Origin: Octopus sinensis
Taxonomy: Eukaryota
Reading direction: 5' to 3'
Assembly: GCF_006345805.1 (NCBI RefSeq)
Contig: NC_043008.1
Span: forward strand, 4,650,001-4,714,000
DNA: 64,000 nucleotides
The notes under the pieces: generated by a model
What the model was told of the DNA's origin: nothing
Database searches by the model: none
What the model saw: the letters and a program-made list of their open reading frames with translations, nothing else
Shown here: one piece after another, positions 36,670 through 50,869 of the stretch
How positions within the stretch are numbered: the first letter of the stretch is position 1
Layout of the letters: each line of letters opens with the position of its first letter
Program-made: the position numbers and the translations under genes

Positions 36670-38657
36670 TTCCCAGCCCTGAGCCAATCCTGAATGAACA
36701 GACCTATGATCAAAAGCATTTCAAACTGTGACCATCCCATCATTTTTAATGATACATAGAAGTACGCTATCTCATCTAAGGCAGAATAGCATGAGTTGAA
36801 GTAGAGATGCTGTCATGTAGGATCTCTCATTGATCTGTCGAGTCAGATGTAAATATAACTGGAAGAAAGAACTACAGACTTCCTCTTGTTTATCTCTGAT
36901 CAGCCCTGATCACACCCACACCCTTTTCATCTTATCTTAAACATAGTAAACACCAGATGACATTATCTGATGTGTCTTTTGTTTTTGATAAGGTGGTAGG
37001 GTGTGATCTGAGAGGAGATGGTTGCTATTTCTTGCAGTTTGAGCGACTCCATAGAGTTGGGTATTACACCCACAGTTCACAGGCCAGACCCCCCCCCCAG
37101 TCTGCAGCAATGTTTAATGCAACCTGTAACCTCCAGTTCAGTTTTATGAAAATATGCATTATTTTTAATTTTTAAATACTGTATAAAATATTTATCACTT
37201 GCAAACATTCAGAGCTAGAACTCAACTGGAGACGTGATTAACTCATCAGAGGCACTGATTCTGATAAATTGAACCGGTCTCCTTGGGGAGTCTTTCTTTT
37301 ATCTTAACCAATTGGTTAAGATAAGAAACTTATAAATCCACATTTTAAAACATTCAACCTTTTTCCCTTTCACTTTGTCTGTACATACTGAAAAGAAAAG
37401 TTGTTTTTACTTTAATTTAGTTTTTTTTTAAATTTATGCTTGTGTTCATTCAAATAAATTCTAGTGATATGAATGAGATTGAAAGGTTTTGCAACTGAAA
37501 TACCGCAAGATTTCTACTAAGCATTGGTCATCAAAAACTATATACATTCATTTGAACACTTGGACATATGTCCACCCTGATCAAGCAGACCACTATCAAA
37601 AGAATATCCTTCTCTGAATAGATCTGTGATCAAATGTATTCCTTTTTCAAGATGGTAGGATGTAATTTGAGGGTGATTTAGCTGCTATTTCTAGCAGGCC
37701 AAGCAACCATATTGTTGGTTGTCTTCAGAATCGTTTATCAGGGTGAATAAATTTGTTGTTGTGTAGTCGTAGGTTAGCACTGCTGAAGCAAACCTATAAC
37801 TCATCCAATATGGAAAGCAGATATAAAACCATGTTGAAGAATATAATAATGAAGATTTATAGTAGTTTTTTTTTGGTTTGATTGTTGTTGGTTTTGATGT
37901 TGTTGCTGTTTTTGATGTTGTTGCTGCTGTTGTTGCATTTAGCCAGAAATCAGCTCTGAACTAGCAGAGCTATGACCAAAAGTCTCTTTTTGTTTTACAG
38001 ACAGAGTATATCCAAGTCTACATTATTCCGAGATGACAAATTATCATTTTTATGCATTGATATATTTGGTCTAATGTCTTCACTTTGGTTGTTATTCTTC
38101 ACAGTCTTCTGACTTTTGAAAACCCCAATCTTCTGCAGGTGCCTGTCACTTTTTATAACATTCTTGGAAATTTTGTACTGAACCCTTTACCACCGAACAG
38201 GGTACAAAGCTCAGAGACCAGGAAATCACTTCAGGCCGAGCTACCACTTCTCCGCATTGAGAGATCACAGCTCTGATACTTCAGGCGTGTGATTCGAATG
38301 TCCCAGGAAAGAATTGCAAAATGGATTCTTCAAAGTGATCCAACCAGCAGGAGACCGAGGGTAGACAAGGAACAAAATGGTTGAATAATATCCGTAGTCT
38401 CGGTTGGTCATCGTGCTTCGGGAACCAGTCAAAAAAATTCTATTAACAGTTGCTTCTAATAGTAACCTATGGAGAATGTGACTGAGGACTCTACTCCTAT
38501 GACCCTCTCAGGAATAGTAGGAGGAGAAGATGGATGAAGCCCCTTATTAAATCCATAGGGCTAGATTGTTTTTATTCCATTGGGATATTCTATTAAAAGG
38601 ATGAAGAGTTAAGGCTCCTAATTTCTATGACCTAATTATTCTGTGAGACATTGGGTG

Positions 38658-38702
<45 letters not shown>

Positions 38703-39680
38703 GCACATATACATGTACTCTGGTTCAAGAAGAAAATGAACAAACAATATCACAAGAGAATAACTAATAAGAGAATATCCTTCGTAAGGAACTATAAAAT
38801 GAGAACAATCTGGCCCCATGGATTTCAAACAGATTTTAGTTCAAGCAAACGACACTGGTTTAAATAAGTCAGTGTTTTATTATTTAATTATTCAATGTAT
38901 CTTCCTTGCTATTGTTTTGTTACTGTTTTGACCAAGATCAACCACGATCAAATGCATCTATGATCAAAGACATTCCAGTCATGACTATTCCACCTTTTTT
39001 TTTTCTTTTTCAGCCTTAGTGTATCTAAAAGCAACATATTCCAAAGCGTCCTTCCAATTTAAAGACAATAGTGTGATGTGAGAGGGAGATTTGGTTGTTG
39101 TTTCTAGTAGGTCGAATAATGACAGTCTCTCTCTCTCTTATGTTTTTTATTGTTGTTGCTGTGATGGTGGTGTTGGTAGTGTTTTTCATTGTTGTTGTTT
39201 GGGTTGTTGTTTTAGTGATATGCTGTTTAAGCCCACACCAGTCCTGACTGGACAAATCTATAATCAAAAGCATTCAGCGATGACTGCCTCGTTTTTTTCA
39301 GGCTTTGTGTACCTCGGACTTCATTATACAATGTGCACTTTTTCTAAGATGGCAGGGTTTTTATTTGAGACACTTGGCTACTATTTCTATCAGTATGAAT
39401 AACCACATAGAAGCTTCCTCACCGGCTTCAGTTGGCCCTGTGAGGCAGCTGTAGAGCATCCAATTCCAGAATGGTGGGGGTGGTGCTGGTATTATTGTTG
39501 TTTAGTCCAAGGTCAGCCCTGATCTAGTAAAGTTATGATTAAAAGTCACAACCATTCTGTCTTTTTGCTTTCAGATGTAGAATATCAATGTGTCCTTCCT
39601 TTTTTGAAGAAGGTCGACTGTGATTTGAAAGAGATTGATCTTGCTATTTTTTCCAGATGACCACATAGATGCTCCCTTAG
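36670..39680 (-). mobile_element. Cluster of about seven co-oriented (AAC)n-tailed repeat copies, interspersed with other DNA
   Basis: Copies near 36670, 36880, 37570, 37930, 38920, 39200 and 39495 share atgatcaaa...cattcca and aagatgg...gattt...gctattt motifs. Confidence 0.7.
38195..38530 (+). pseudogene. RTE LINE 3' fragment
   Basis: RVQSSETRKSLQAELPLLRIERSQL*YFRRVIRMSQERIAKWILQ resembles the RTE C-terminus. Confidence 0.8.
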
Positions 39681-42600
39681 CCTTTCTTGACAAGAATTAT
39701 CATTAATGCTAATGATTTTTCTTTTCATTACAGGTGTAATTTTAATTAATTAAAGATTATTTTTAATTGTTAAATGATGTTAACCCTCCCCGCCCATTTA
39801 ATTCTTGATTTGTGATGACAACAAAAGGGGCACAATTCTAGGATAATTCTAGGGTGACAGTTCCTCTTTCAAGGAACCGCATCACTGGGTCTCCATTTCT
39901 GGGATTTCATAACACACAAAGGATCAAAACCTTAAAAAAAAATGGTATTCTTCACATGGAAAGTTAACATTTAAAACTTGCTTTTGTTTTAAATGTTAAG
40001 AATTTAGAAAAAAATGTAGAAAATCTTGCTTACCTTGTCTTATTAATTATATTTGTTTATTAAATAATTATTAACCATGGCATCTCATCTGAAAACCACT
40101 GCTCTAAACCTTAGTTTCCCCTCTATCCCTCTGTTTTCTTTTCTATCTGTATATTTCTTGCTATTTCCTTCCTATTTTCCTATGTATAAGCATCTCTGTA
40201 TCTATCTACACACATTTTGTATACACTCACATATTCCCATCCAATCACACACTTTAGTCATCACTATTCTCGAGCCTTTCTTTCTCCCTATATTCTTCAT
40301 ATGTGTAAATCTATATATACAGGTATATAATTTCTCCAAGATCAAATTTTGCTGATTTCATCGAAAATGATCTTTTAGAAATGCTTTCCTCATCAACTCA
40401 CTTCTAATTAACAAATAAAGGGAATATTATTTAAAAACCTAGCATTTATCAGAATGACACTTTAAAAAGTATTCATATGAAACGAAGACCTCTCCCTCTC
40501 TCTCTTCCATTTATATTTAACAGGCAATGGTTATGGTAAAGTTTCAACGGTACCATACAATATTTACAAAACTCTTGTTTTAAGCAAAAGCTATCCTATG
40601 ACAAAATTATGTCCACACTGAATGTGTAATAAATATAATTATTTCAATGTTACTTTAGACAACCAACTTTTTGTGCATTGGTTAGAAACTACATATGAAA
40701 ATGTACACAGCTGAGAGGGAATTGTGGTGCCTTGGGGAGGGGGGCAAAATTTGACATCCTGTCTGAGAATAAACACAGTTCCCTGCTGTAGCATCTCGTT
40801 AGTTGTAGTCTTTTAATCAATCTTCCCCAGCTTCAGATGCCTGCGAAGGGCATTAACTTTTAAATAATCCTTAAAAAATATTTATGAATGTAAGAACAAG
40901 GTTCTTTAACTTCTAGGTTAATCAGGATTCCACATCTGTTTGGTTAATTAATATATTTTATAACTTTTGTTTATATAAGGAAGTGGGAGAATGAGGAAGA
41001 ATGCCCATAGCCTTTGCTGGCCGTCCCAGACTGTTGGGTGTCAGGTGAAAGTGATGCTTCTAATGGCCAATGTGAGCCTCAGAAGGTTAAGATCTCCAGG
41101 AAAAGTTTGGGCACAAAAGGACTTGGACATTTCTACAAAATAATATTCAGTCAGTCAAAATTTTAAGTATTCTAGAAGGAATCACAAGATTGAAAATATA
41201 TTCAGCATCTGGTTTTTAAATACTTAATCAAAATAATCAGAAAATATTGACTTTTTTTTTTTCTTTGGATTTGAAGAAATTTAGCCAAAGTTTTATTGTT
41301 TTATGTGTCTACCTTTATAACAAAATTTATCGAATATATTTTTTTTTCTCTCTCTACTTTTTGCAGGAAGGAAAGGTGGTGGTGGTGGTGGTTCAGATGG
41401 AGGTAATGAGCAAAACTTTTATACTTATTTTTATTCAAATGATTTGTTTTAGTTTAAATGTTTTAGAAAAAAATTTAAATTACATTGTTATTTTTTATAT
41501 GATTATTTTTTTTTTATGAAGTAATTTGCATATCTTATTTGATAAGCCAACTAAGAAACAAATAAAATATTCTGAGACGCAATCCACATGAAAAAAATCA
41601 CTAGTTAAGTCAGTGTTAACATTTCTCTTCTAGTTAACATTTCAATGTTTCTGACATTAAATATGTTACCACTGACAGAACCATTGTTTCTCTTGTGGAT
41701 GGTGTCTCTGAACCATTTCTTCTGTTTTGCTATCCCAACAAATCTTCTATGCTTATTTATAGTCTTTCATCACTACTTCAGCAAGTGCAGTGGAAATTCT
41801 ATTTCACTAAGACCATCTCCTGAGTTATCTCCCTTACTTGCTGACCCCCACCCCCTTATAAATATTAGCAACTGAACTGATATTGATTTTTTTTTCTTTT
41901 TGCATAATTATTTCTAATTAGCTTTTTAATACTAATTAGCTTTGCTTTATTGAATAACTTAAAATTAACCTAATATGTAGTTAGCTCTAACTGATTATAT
42001 GCCATACATTTTCAATTAAAAATTTAATGTTCGTTTTACAGAGATCTGTTTTTCTCTGTCTTAATATGTAACCCAGTTTAATATGTTCTCCTGGTCCTTG
42101 AGCACCTTTAGCAGGGCCCATGCTGTTTCAAACAATCTAGCCAGATTTCCCATTTTCAGATTATTTTCTCACTTCCATCAAATAAAAAGCATCATAGCTA
42201 CTGCCCTTTCTACTCTGACTCAGCCATTTATAATAACAGAAAATGTCACTTTGATAAACAATACAGAAAGAAGTAAAATCACTGCAGCAGAACATTGTCA
42301 TTCTTTTGTTTTTGCCTTTTTTTTCCTGCTTCGTTTTTTTTTTTTTCGGAAAACAGTCATCACTGTAAACTCATCTTGAATAAATACATATATATATATA
42401 CAGTCGAAGAATGTTCTAACTTCAAGACATAGCATTTTAGTATATGAAGATGTTGAGTTAGAAAACCAAAAGTCTGTAATTATTTTCTCTGAAATGATTT
42501 ATCATCACCATCAATTTTTAGCAATTTATCAAAGAGAGATTATATGTATTCCAGGCTATTCTAGATATGAAACCAAACAGCAATCGTTAACTTTTCTTTT

Positions 42601-43159
42601 GATTTAGGAACAATATAACTTTCACTTTCTTATATGTCTCTGAAATATTAGATGTCTAGCCAATTTATATTAGAAATACTGATTATAGTAGTTAAGTAGT
42701 ATTGGTACTAAGCTGTTTGACTGCTTGGGAAAAACCATTCAAGTGAAATCTGTTATTAATATCAACTTAAAAGCAACTCGAAATACCAGGCAGCCAACTC
42801 TCTCTCTCTCTCTCTCTCTCTCATATCAAACCCTATTATCTTAAGAAAAGAAAAAGACATTGGATAATGTAGCCCTGTTCTATCTATAAGACAGGATGGT
42901 CAGAAGCCAAATGGTAGTGCTGAACTAGGGTCAAACAACAACTTTAATGAGCTGACAAGTTATCACACCAATCTTTTAACCTGCTAAATATCTTTCAAAT
43001 TACACTTTGCCATCTTGAGAAAGATTCTTGAAAACCAAGACAAAATATTCTGTACTCAGAGTTCAAATATCCCTAAAGTCAACTTTGCGTTTCATCCTTT
43101 TGGGGTCAATAAAGTACCAAACCCTGACAGAGGATTGACTGAGTATGGATGAGATACTT

Positions 43160-43400
43160 TCTTTGCTTAAGCCCTAAACTCCCTATGGGGCATCAACAAC
43201 TTTTCCCTATTGCTCTCGTGTTTTCTGCTTCTTTCCAGCGGGATCTCTGCTTTATTAGCTCTGTTTCAGTAACTTGCCTCCAGCTATTTTTAGAACCTCA
43301 CTTGTGCCACCCTCGTGGGTTCCAGGTCAGGACTTGACAGGTCATGTTTCCCTGAGAAATGCCTTCCCCTCCCAATTCTTATAATTTTTTGAATTGTCAT
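43160..43400 (-). pseudogene. RTE LINE 3' fragment, different subfamily
   Basis: QVLTWNPRGWHK*GSKNSWRQVTETELIKQRSRWKEAE resembles the RTE W-N-P-x-G-x-R-x-R-G-R-P...W motif. Confidence 0.7.
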
Positions 43401-44280
43401 CAATACTTCTATTATGTTGTTTTTTTTTCTAATTAGGAATGTTGGTTCTATGCAAACTCGTTTTCACCTCTGAAAGAAGTGGTCCTTATTGGACTGGCCC
43501 CTATCCATTGATCTGTCCAACATGGGAGGCCCATCCAGGAGCTTATGCTTTATTGACATAGCTCTCAGAATTATGAGGTGCACAAGCTCCACCCACCCAC
43601 TGTGTGGTGGACCAGTTAAGGTACCTTGTGGTATTTGTTTTGGCTACTTTGGTTCTGAGTTCTTGGTTGGTAGACTTAATTTATTGCTCAGTTTAGCACC
43701 ACTGTCTAATTCTTGAGTATCTCTTGTAGATTGCCTTCTGTTACAAGAATTCAGGCTTAGGCTCTAGTTTAAGGATAACTTCCTCACTTTTTCGTACCAA
43801 TCTCAAAGACCCTTAAAAAACAAAAGGTCATGGATTGCATCTGTCATAGGTCTACCCATTTACAGTTGAATTGGAGCTAAACATCAGAAATATCAGATTA
43901 AATCCAGACAATCTCTGGTTAATATAAACCTAGATAACTATAGGTGGGTTTTCATGGCTGGCTTTCCTCTGATCATAGCTTTGTTCAATCAAGTTTGTCC
44001 TGTGTGATAAACAACAATATCAATAATAACAAGCGAAACCAAGACAGCTGCTGCTGTATAAAAGGTTCTTACACAAATACTCTGATGACAAATATTTTTA
44101 GATGAACAAAAGAAACTGAAATATTGAAATGAAAGATTGTTGCCAAAGTTGAAATCAGACCTGAAATCCTTTTGGCATTTATGAGGTTGCCCTTAATTTA
44201 ACTTATCCATTCAAATTCTTCATGTTCCATCTAATTGAGCTTATTTTCCTTTGCTCATTTTAGTTTTAATTATGCAAAGT

Positions 44281-44459
44281 GTAGTTATGGCTGTGTGGTA
44301 AGAAACCTGGTTCTTAACTGCATGGTTCCAGGTCATTCCCACCAAATGGCATCTTAGGTGTCTTTCTCTATACCCCAGGGTAACGAAAGCCTTGTGGGTA
44401 GATTTCGTAGATGGGAACTGAAAGATGCCTATTGTGTGTGTTTGTGTGTGTGTGTGTGT

Positions 44460-44494
<35 letters not shown>

Positions 44495-44690
44495 TGTGTG
44501 CTTGTGTTTGTCATCCACTACCACTTGAGAACTGGTGTTTGTTTGTTTACATCCCTGTAACTTAGTGGTTTGGCAAAAGAGACTGTGGGAATAAGTGCCA
44601 GTATTAAAAATAAACACCAAGGTTGATTTTTTCTCACCCAAACCCATCAAGGCTGTGTCCCAGCATGGCTAGCATCTAAGTGAGCTGTTC
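44281..44690 (+). mobile_element. Full-length OR-like SINE, diverged
   Basis: ggctgtgtggtaagaaacc head, (TG)n middle, cccagcatggc tail. Confidence 0.8.
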
Positions 44691-45789
44691 TATGCTGATA
44701 AAGCCCAATAGATTAAAACAAGCCTCTAGTTGTCTCTTGCCTAAAAATAAAGATCAGATTATTCCCTCACAAAGCATGAGAGATTAATTCTTCATTTCTT
44801 GAATTTCTCTCCCCTTTTCTTTCAGTATCATTTTTCTTTTACTTGTTTCAATCATTAGACTGCAGCCACTGCAGCTTAGACAAACAAATCAACCCCCAGC
44901 ACTTGTTATATTTTTTTAAAACCTGGTACTTATTCTAGCAGTTTGTTGCTTTTTTGCTGAACCATTAAGTTACATGGCTGTAAACAAACCAACACTGGTT
45001 GTCAAACAGTGCAGGGAAGCAAACACGTGCACACACATGCACCCATACACATGATGGGCTTCGTTCAGTTTCCTTCTACCAAATCTGCTTACGAGGCTTT
45101 GGTCAGTCTTAGACACAATTGCCCAAGATATCAATAACAGTTGCACCTAGCTTGTAAGATTTGGGGGGGGGGGGTTCTCCAATATAAAATGCAATTTCAA
45201 TTAATTATGAATTAATTTTGCTCCAACAACTAACAACTGATGCCAGCAGTTTGTTCCATGCTTCAGCAACACTTAGCATAAAAAAATGTTTCCTAAAGTC
45301 ATGGGAGCTGTGCTGTTTTCTGACATTGTAAACATGTCCACGAGTGTTAGACAGGTGGAGTTTGAAAAGGTGCTCAGAGTTATTGTTAGTAAGGGTGAAA
45401 TAACTTCTACAGTTGTACCAAAGTATAAACGGAAGTGTTAAAAACTGCTATGTCACAGTGTAAAATAACCACATCACAGTGAATAATGATTTAGTTTTGT
45501 GGCTGAATCATGTAGAATGTAGAAGTCTTCAAAAGTAAAAAGAAATTAAAAACCACATGTTGATAAAAATATACTAAAACTAGATGTATACAAAATTTCT
45601 TCACAGTGTATACTTTAATAATTGCTCTCTTCTAGTAAAAGTTGCATACTCCAAAATAATTAATAAGCAGCTTTCATTATTATAAGATAGATTCATACCA
45701 TTTGAATTATTTCCTTCAGTACATTAAATTTTTATTTCTTTTCTTTTGTACTTAAGCCATCTTATTGTTTTTGTTGAACCTCCCATCCA

Positions 45790-46510
45790 CCCCACCCCCT
45801 TGTTAACCTTGGTTGAGTAAGGCTGTGATTAAAGTCATTATAGCTATCCTTATCCTATCATTTTCCCGTATTGTATCTGGGTCTATACTATCCAATGTGT
45901 ATATCTTTTTCTTTTTAAAGATGGTAAAGTGGGATTTGGGGGAGATCAGAAGCTGATTGCTACTTTGTTTGTTATTCTGTTGATATACGAGGGGGTATTG
46001 AAAAATTCCTGGCTTTGGGTAAAAGAAAATACAGGTCAGTCAATTATGATTTTACTCAACATATTCCCCTCTCAGGTTTGCATACTTATTGCAGTGGTCC
46101 TTCAGTTTTTCTAAGCCCTATAAAAGAACCCAGAAAGTTGGGCCTCCAGCCAGGCCTTTCGTGATATCCTTAAAGCCAGGAACTTTTCAGTACCCCAATC
46201 ATTTCACTCCAAACCAGTTTTGATCAAGTACACCTATGATCAAATGCATTCCAGCCATGGTCATTTTTAGTGTATATAAGTACATTGTCCACTATGTCAT
46301 TTGCCATTGTTGTTTTAGCTCCTAGATCAGACCTGATCAAGCAGACTCATGATTAAAGGCATTCCAGCTGTGACCATCCTGTCTATTTCCTATACAGAAG
46401 GAATCCAGGAAGCCACATTATCTAATGTCTTTTTGTAAGACAGTATGGTTTTATTTGGTTGCTATTCCTAGCATGTCAAGCAACCACACAGGGGTTATCT
46501 TGTCGCTAAT
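45790..46510 (-). mobile_element. Three co-oriented (AAC)n-tailed repeat copies around a mariner MITE
   Basis: Motifs at about 45830, 46235 and 46345. Confidence 0.65.
45988..46196. mobile_element. Mariner-type MITE
   Basis: TA followed by cgagggggtattgaaaaattcctggctt; right end aagccaggaacttttcagtacccc with the last bases lost. Confidence 0.8.
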
Positions 46511-47417
46511 TAGTTAACTCTCTTTAATGATTTGTTGTTGTTATTTATAGTTGACATGAAGTTAGTGAACCGGCTGAACCATCCCTGCCCCAGCATTTCT
46601 TCTGAGTTCAAGTCTTGCTGATGTCAAATTTTCTTTTCATCTTTTTTGGGGTTGATTAAATAAGTACCACTTGAACACTGGTGGCTGATATAATTAACTA
46701 TTACTTTCCCCTTATAAAAATTGCTGATTTAGTGCCAAAATTTGAAACTGTTATTTACAGTTTGCTTAGGAATATAAAAATATATAAATATTTGTACTGC
46801 TGTCTTTTATTATCAGTTGACAGTATGCATGCCCACTCCAAGATAACGTATTTCTGAAACAGACAATCATCAATAGTATTAAAGTACATTTTTTTCAAAA
46901 AAACCATTTCATGACTAGATTCCAAATGAGTAGATAGCCTATATTTTTCTATCATTTTACAATATGATAACATTTTGAAGCGGTTTAATAAAATCTCTAC
47001 AGCACCACATATGCTGGCATCGACTAAACGGAGCCTCATGATGTCATTTATATTATAATGAGATTTTGATCTAAATACAAACACTTTAATATGGACACCT
47101 TCCAAGTTGTTGGTATTAAAAGAGGTAAACAACCAAATTACAGATAAAAATAAACAGCATATTAATTTAATGTTGACACTCTTTTTATTCCTTAATGACT
47201 TCAGATAATTATTACAGGAAATAATAATTCCTCTTTTCCCCTCCCTCTATTTCTTTTCTCTGTTCACCTATATAGAATGTGACTTTTCAGCTATACACTT
47301 AGATTTTCCTCAAGCCAAACTCTCTCTAATTTTTTTACACAAATGCATAATCAACTAAAGCGCTAGATTTTTGTTTCCGTTATATTCAATTATTTACCCA
47401 CACACAAACATATGTAC

Positions 47418-47489
<72 letters not shown>

Positions 47490-47503
47490 CATATGGATAT
47501 ACA

Positions 47504-47547
<44 letters not shown>

Positions 47548-47583
47548 TGAGATATTTACATATCTATATATATTTATATATAC

Positions 47584-47624
<41 letters not shown>

Positions 47625-48830
47625 TACATACATACATACATACATTTATACACATACAGTTTATGTATATTTATTTTTATATACAAATATATATTTATAT
47701 GTATGTTTGTATGTATCTAGTTAGCTAATTTTGTTGTTTGTTTTTCCCCTGTCTGTGTAAAATCTATTAAAATAGCAACAAAACATTTGTTTGTGTGAAA
47801 TATTTGCACATTTTCTTTTTCAGGTATTGCAATGATATTTATAGATTTTACTAGATTTTAAATGATTTAAGAGTGCAAGTAACTTCACATATAATACAAG
47901 AAGATGTTGAAAATGTGTTGCTAGGAAACCTATCATCAAATCATTTGAAAGTACATTAGTCTTCTAGGAAGAATGTTTAGTTTCACTCTAACATAATTGG
48001 ATTCCTATCAATATGTTGTTGAGTTGTAGTAAATCAGATATTTTTTGACTATTGGCCAGTCAGAGAGAAGAGAAATGCAGTTCCCCTGTCCCTTTTCAGG
48101 CTATGTTTGAATCTAGAGAAAAGAAGTAAAACAATCTGAGGCATGAGACCTAGCAGAAACGCTTGAAACCTCACAGACTCTACCAAATTCATTCAGTGAT
48201 CAGAAAATCATTTTTAAGTGATTGTGACATTAAGGTTACCACCCAAGAATAGGAACATTTCATTCTAGAAGCTTCCAAATTTCATTCTCAATGTTTTGGT
48301 TGATCTGAACCTAGAAAACATTTGACTGTAGTGCCACACAGTGGAATTGAACGTGAGACCATGGTAGCTGCAAAAGCAAATAGTTTAACCATACAGCCAT
48401 ATCTGCATCTGTTTTGAATGAGTTGCAAAAAGTCTTAAGCAATATAAAAATACTCTGCGACAGACAGTTCTTTGTTTTTTTCTTTTATTCATTGTATTTT
48501 TAGCCTCTCATACTGACATGTTGACAAATAAAAATTTTATAAGTATGTAAATGTCAGTTAAATCTGTGAAGCATTTCATATTTTTCTAATATAATGGTGC
48601 AAATATGAGCATGTAATTAAAAATTTTACTTTGTGGTCACATGGATTCAGGTGCAGCCACAAAATGTGATACCTTAGGCAAGTGTTTTATGTGTGTGTGT
48701 GAGAGAGAGAGAGAGAGAGCTTGTGTGCACACGCGCGCGTAATCAAAGTATGCAGCAGTATAGATTCATTACAGTCAATCTTACAAATCCGTTTTGCACA
48801 AGATATTAGATGAGAAAATTATCTACTAAC

Positions 48831-48895
<65 letters not shown>

Positions 48896-48918
48896 ATGTG
48901 TGTATATATATTTATTTA

Positions 48919-49411
48919 AAGATAAATTAAATAGAGAGATACTATTGAGAATCTAATAATTTATTTATATTACATGATATACTATGAATATTATATAAAA
49001 TAAACAATTATTTAAAAAACCATAAGAGGCCAACAAATTGTTTCGACTTGAATATATTTTTTCTGCTATACATACATAATTACAGTTCCCTTATATGTAA
49101 TGTCACTTCAGGGTCATGCTTTAAATATAGACGAAATTCCATGAGAAAGGATGGCTGCAATTTCGTCTATATTTAAACCATGACCCTGAAGTGACTTTAT
49201 ATATAAGAGAACTGTTATTATGCATATGTATATCAGAAAAAACATACATAAGTCAAAACAATATGTTGGCCTCTTATGTTTTTTTTAAATAATTGTTTAT
49301 GTTATATAATATTATGTTATGATATATTGTAATCATAGTATATCATGTAATATTGTAATACAAATAAATTATTGGATTGTCAATAGAATATCTCTCTGTT
49401 TAATTTATCTT
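48919..49411. repeat. Diverged long palindrome (arms 48919-49138 and 49159-49411), PLE-like
   Basis: Complementary blocks such as catgctttaaatatagacgaaatt/aatttcgtctatatttaaaccatg and aagaggccaaca/tgttggcctctt. Confidence 0.85.
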
Positions 49412-49949
49412 CATAATTGAATTATACCAATATTTATAGGGTATTCAGCTGACGTACCAGGGAATTGGATGTTTAACACACCCATTTGAAGGATTTCTTT
49501 TCCTCAGATTGTTACTATTCACACACACACATAAACACATATTTTGTGTTGTTATAGATATATATATATACACAATAAGTGCTTAAGTTGACTTGCCTCC
49601 TAAAACTTCAGTTTGAACTGAGACTAAAAGAAAAATCAGTGGTGCTATGGCTGCCTGGCAATGAATGGTTAGAGACACTTTATCATGGAGCAGGTACATG
49701 TACAATAGAATGAAAAGATGAACAAGCAAACGACTGGCATCGGTTTGAGTGGATCTTTAGGGAAAAGGGAATTAAAAAGGTGAGCAGATAGTCTCCCTCT
49801 TTCTCAACAGTTTCAAGAATAGAGGTGCATATGGTGCATTTCTCTGCAAACAAATATAAGCTGTCCATACAGCAGCAGTGTGTTCCATCTTCAAAGAGAA
49901 GAAACTGAAGCAGATGGTTGTCGAGGAACGTTTGTAATGATGAGTTCTA

Positions 49950-50310
49950 TCATCAGTGAGGGAATGAGGTTGATCGGCAGTGAAGGTCTACTGCTAACCA
50001 GTAGAAAGGAAAGATAGAGTCATGAAGATAAGAGCGTAGATAGGAACTAACGTCCATCGCAGGTGATGGAAATATAGACTTTTGAGTCAGAGGAAGATAC
50101 ATAGAAATGGAATGGTCAATGCGAGTAGGAGTGTAGAAGGGCAGAGGTTGATTGCCAACGGATGAAAACGGCCAATTGTATAATGGCAATGTCAAGTGTG
50201 GCAAATGCATTAGAATTAACAGACAGCGGTTGGGGTTGGGCCGAGGTATTGAGGATAGCAGACAGGATAAAGAAAATCTGCTAATAATAGCAGTTTTGGC
50301 ATGATGGTTC
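49950..50310 (-). mobile_element. Possible degraded LINE 3' ORF2 fragment
   Basis: Pyrimidine-rich minus-strand ORF loosely resembling the 32.9-kb fragment. Confidence 0.3.
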
Positions 50311-50460
50311 AAGCAGTGTGTGTGGGAAGGAAGGGGTTATACTAAATATCAAGAGTAGAAGCTGTAGGGTAGAGAAGAAAGACATGTACAAGGTTAAAAA
50401 GCAAGTAGCTAATATGGGGTTCCAGAGGATTGAATAATTGTAATTATGAAGAGGTTGTAT

Positions 50461-50725
50461 TTAAAATGTAAGCTCAGTGAAGAGTGAAAATATATGAAGT
50501 AGTCACTAGATGAATAATAAAGTGACGTGTACCAAATTAAAACTACATAAAAGGAAATAAAGAAAATATATTAATTTAATTTAAATAGGTAGAATTTAAA
50601 TTGTAAGTTCTGTGATGAATAAAAATATAAGTAATCGCTAGATGAATAATATAACGATGTGCAACAGATTAAAACAAAACTAAATAAAGTAAATATATTG
50701 ATTTAATGTAAATAAGTTAAATAGA
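50461..50725. repeat. Old ~135-bp tandem duplication
   Basis: Units start at 50461 and 50596; both carry ctagatgaataat and aaatatatt(a/g)atttaat. Confidence 0.7.
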
Positions 50726-50869
50726 CATTTGAAGTTGAACTATTCCATGCATGTAAGAATTATGTGTAGAGGGATACGTATTACTGTGTTTACATTTGTG
50801 ATAAAATTGAAATGTCCTAAAGAATTACGAATACAAGAGGAGGACATTTTGTGTTGTTTGTTGGGTTAG

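Noticed and set aside
42404-42475. 72-nt plus-strand exon SKNVLTSRHSILVYEDVELENQKS
   Set aside because: The acceptor is a (TA)n run, the donor is weak and the peptide is unrecognised.
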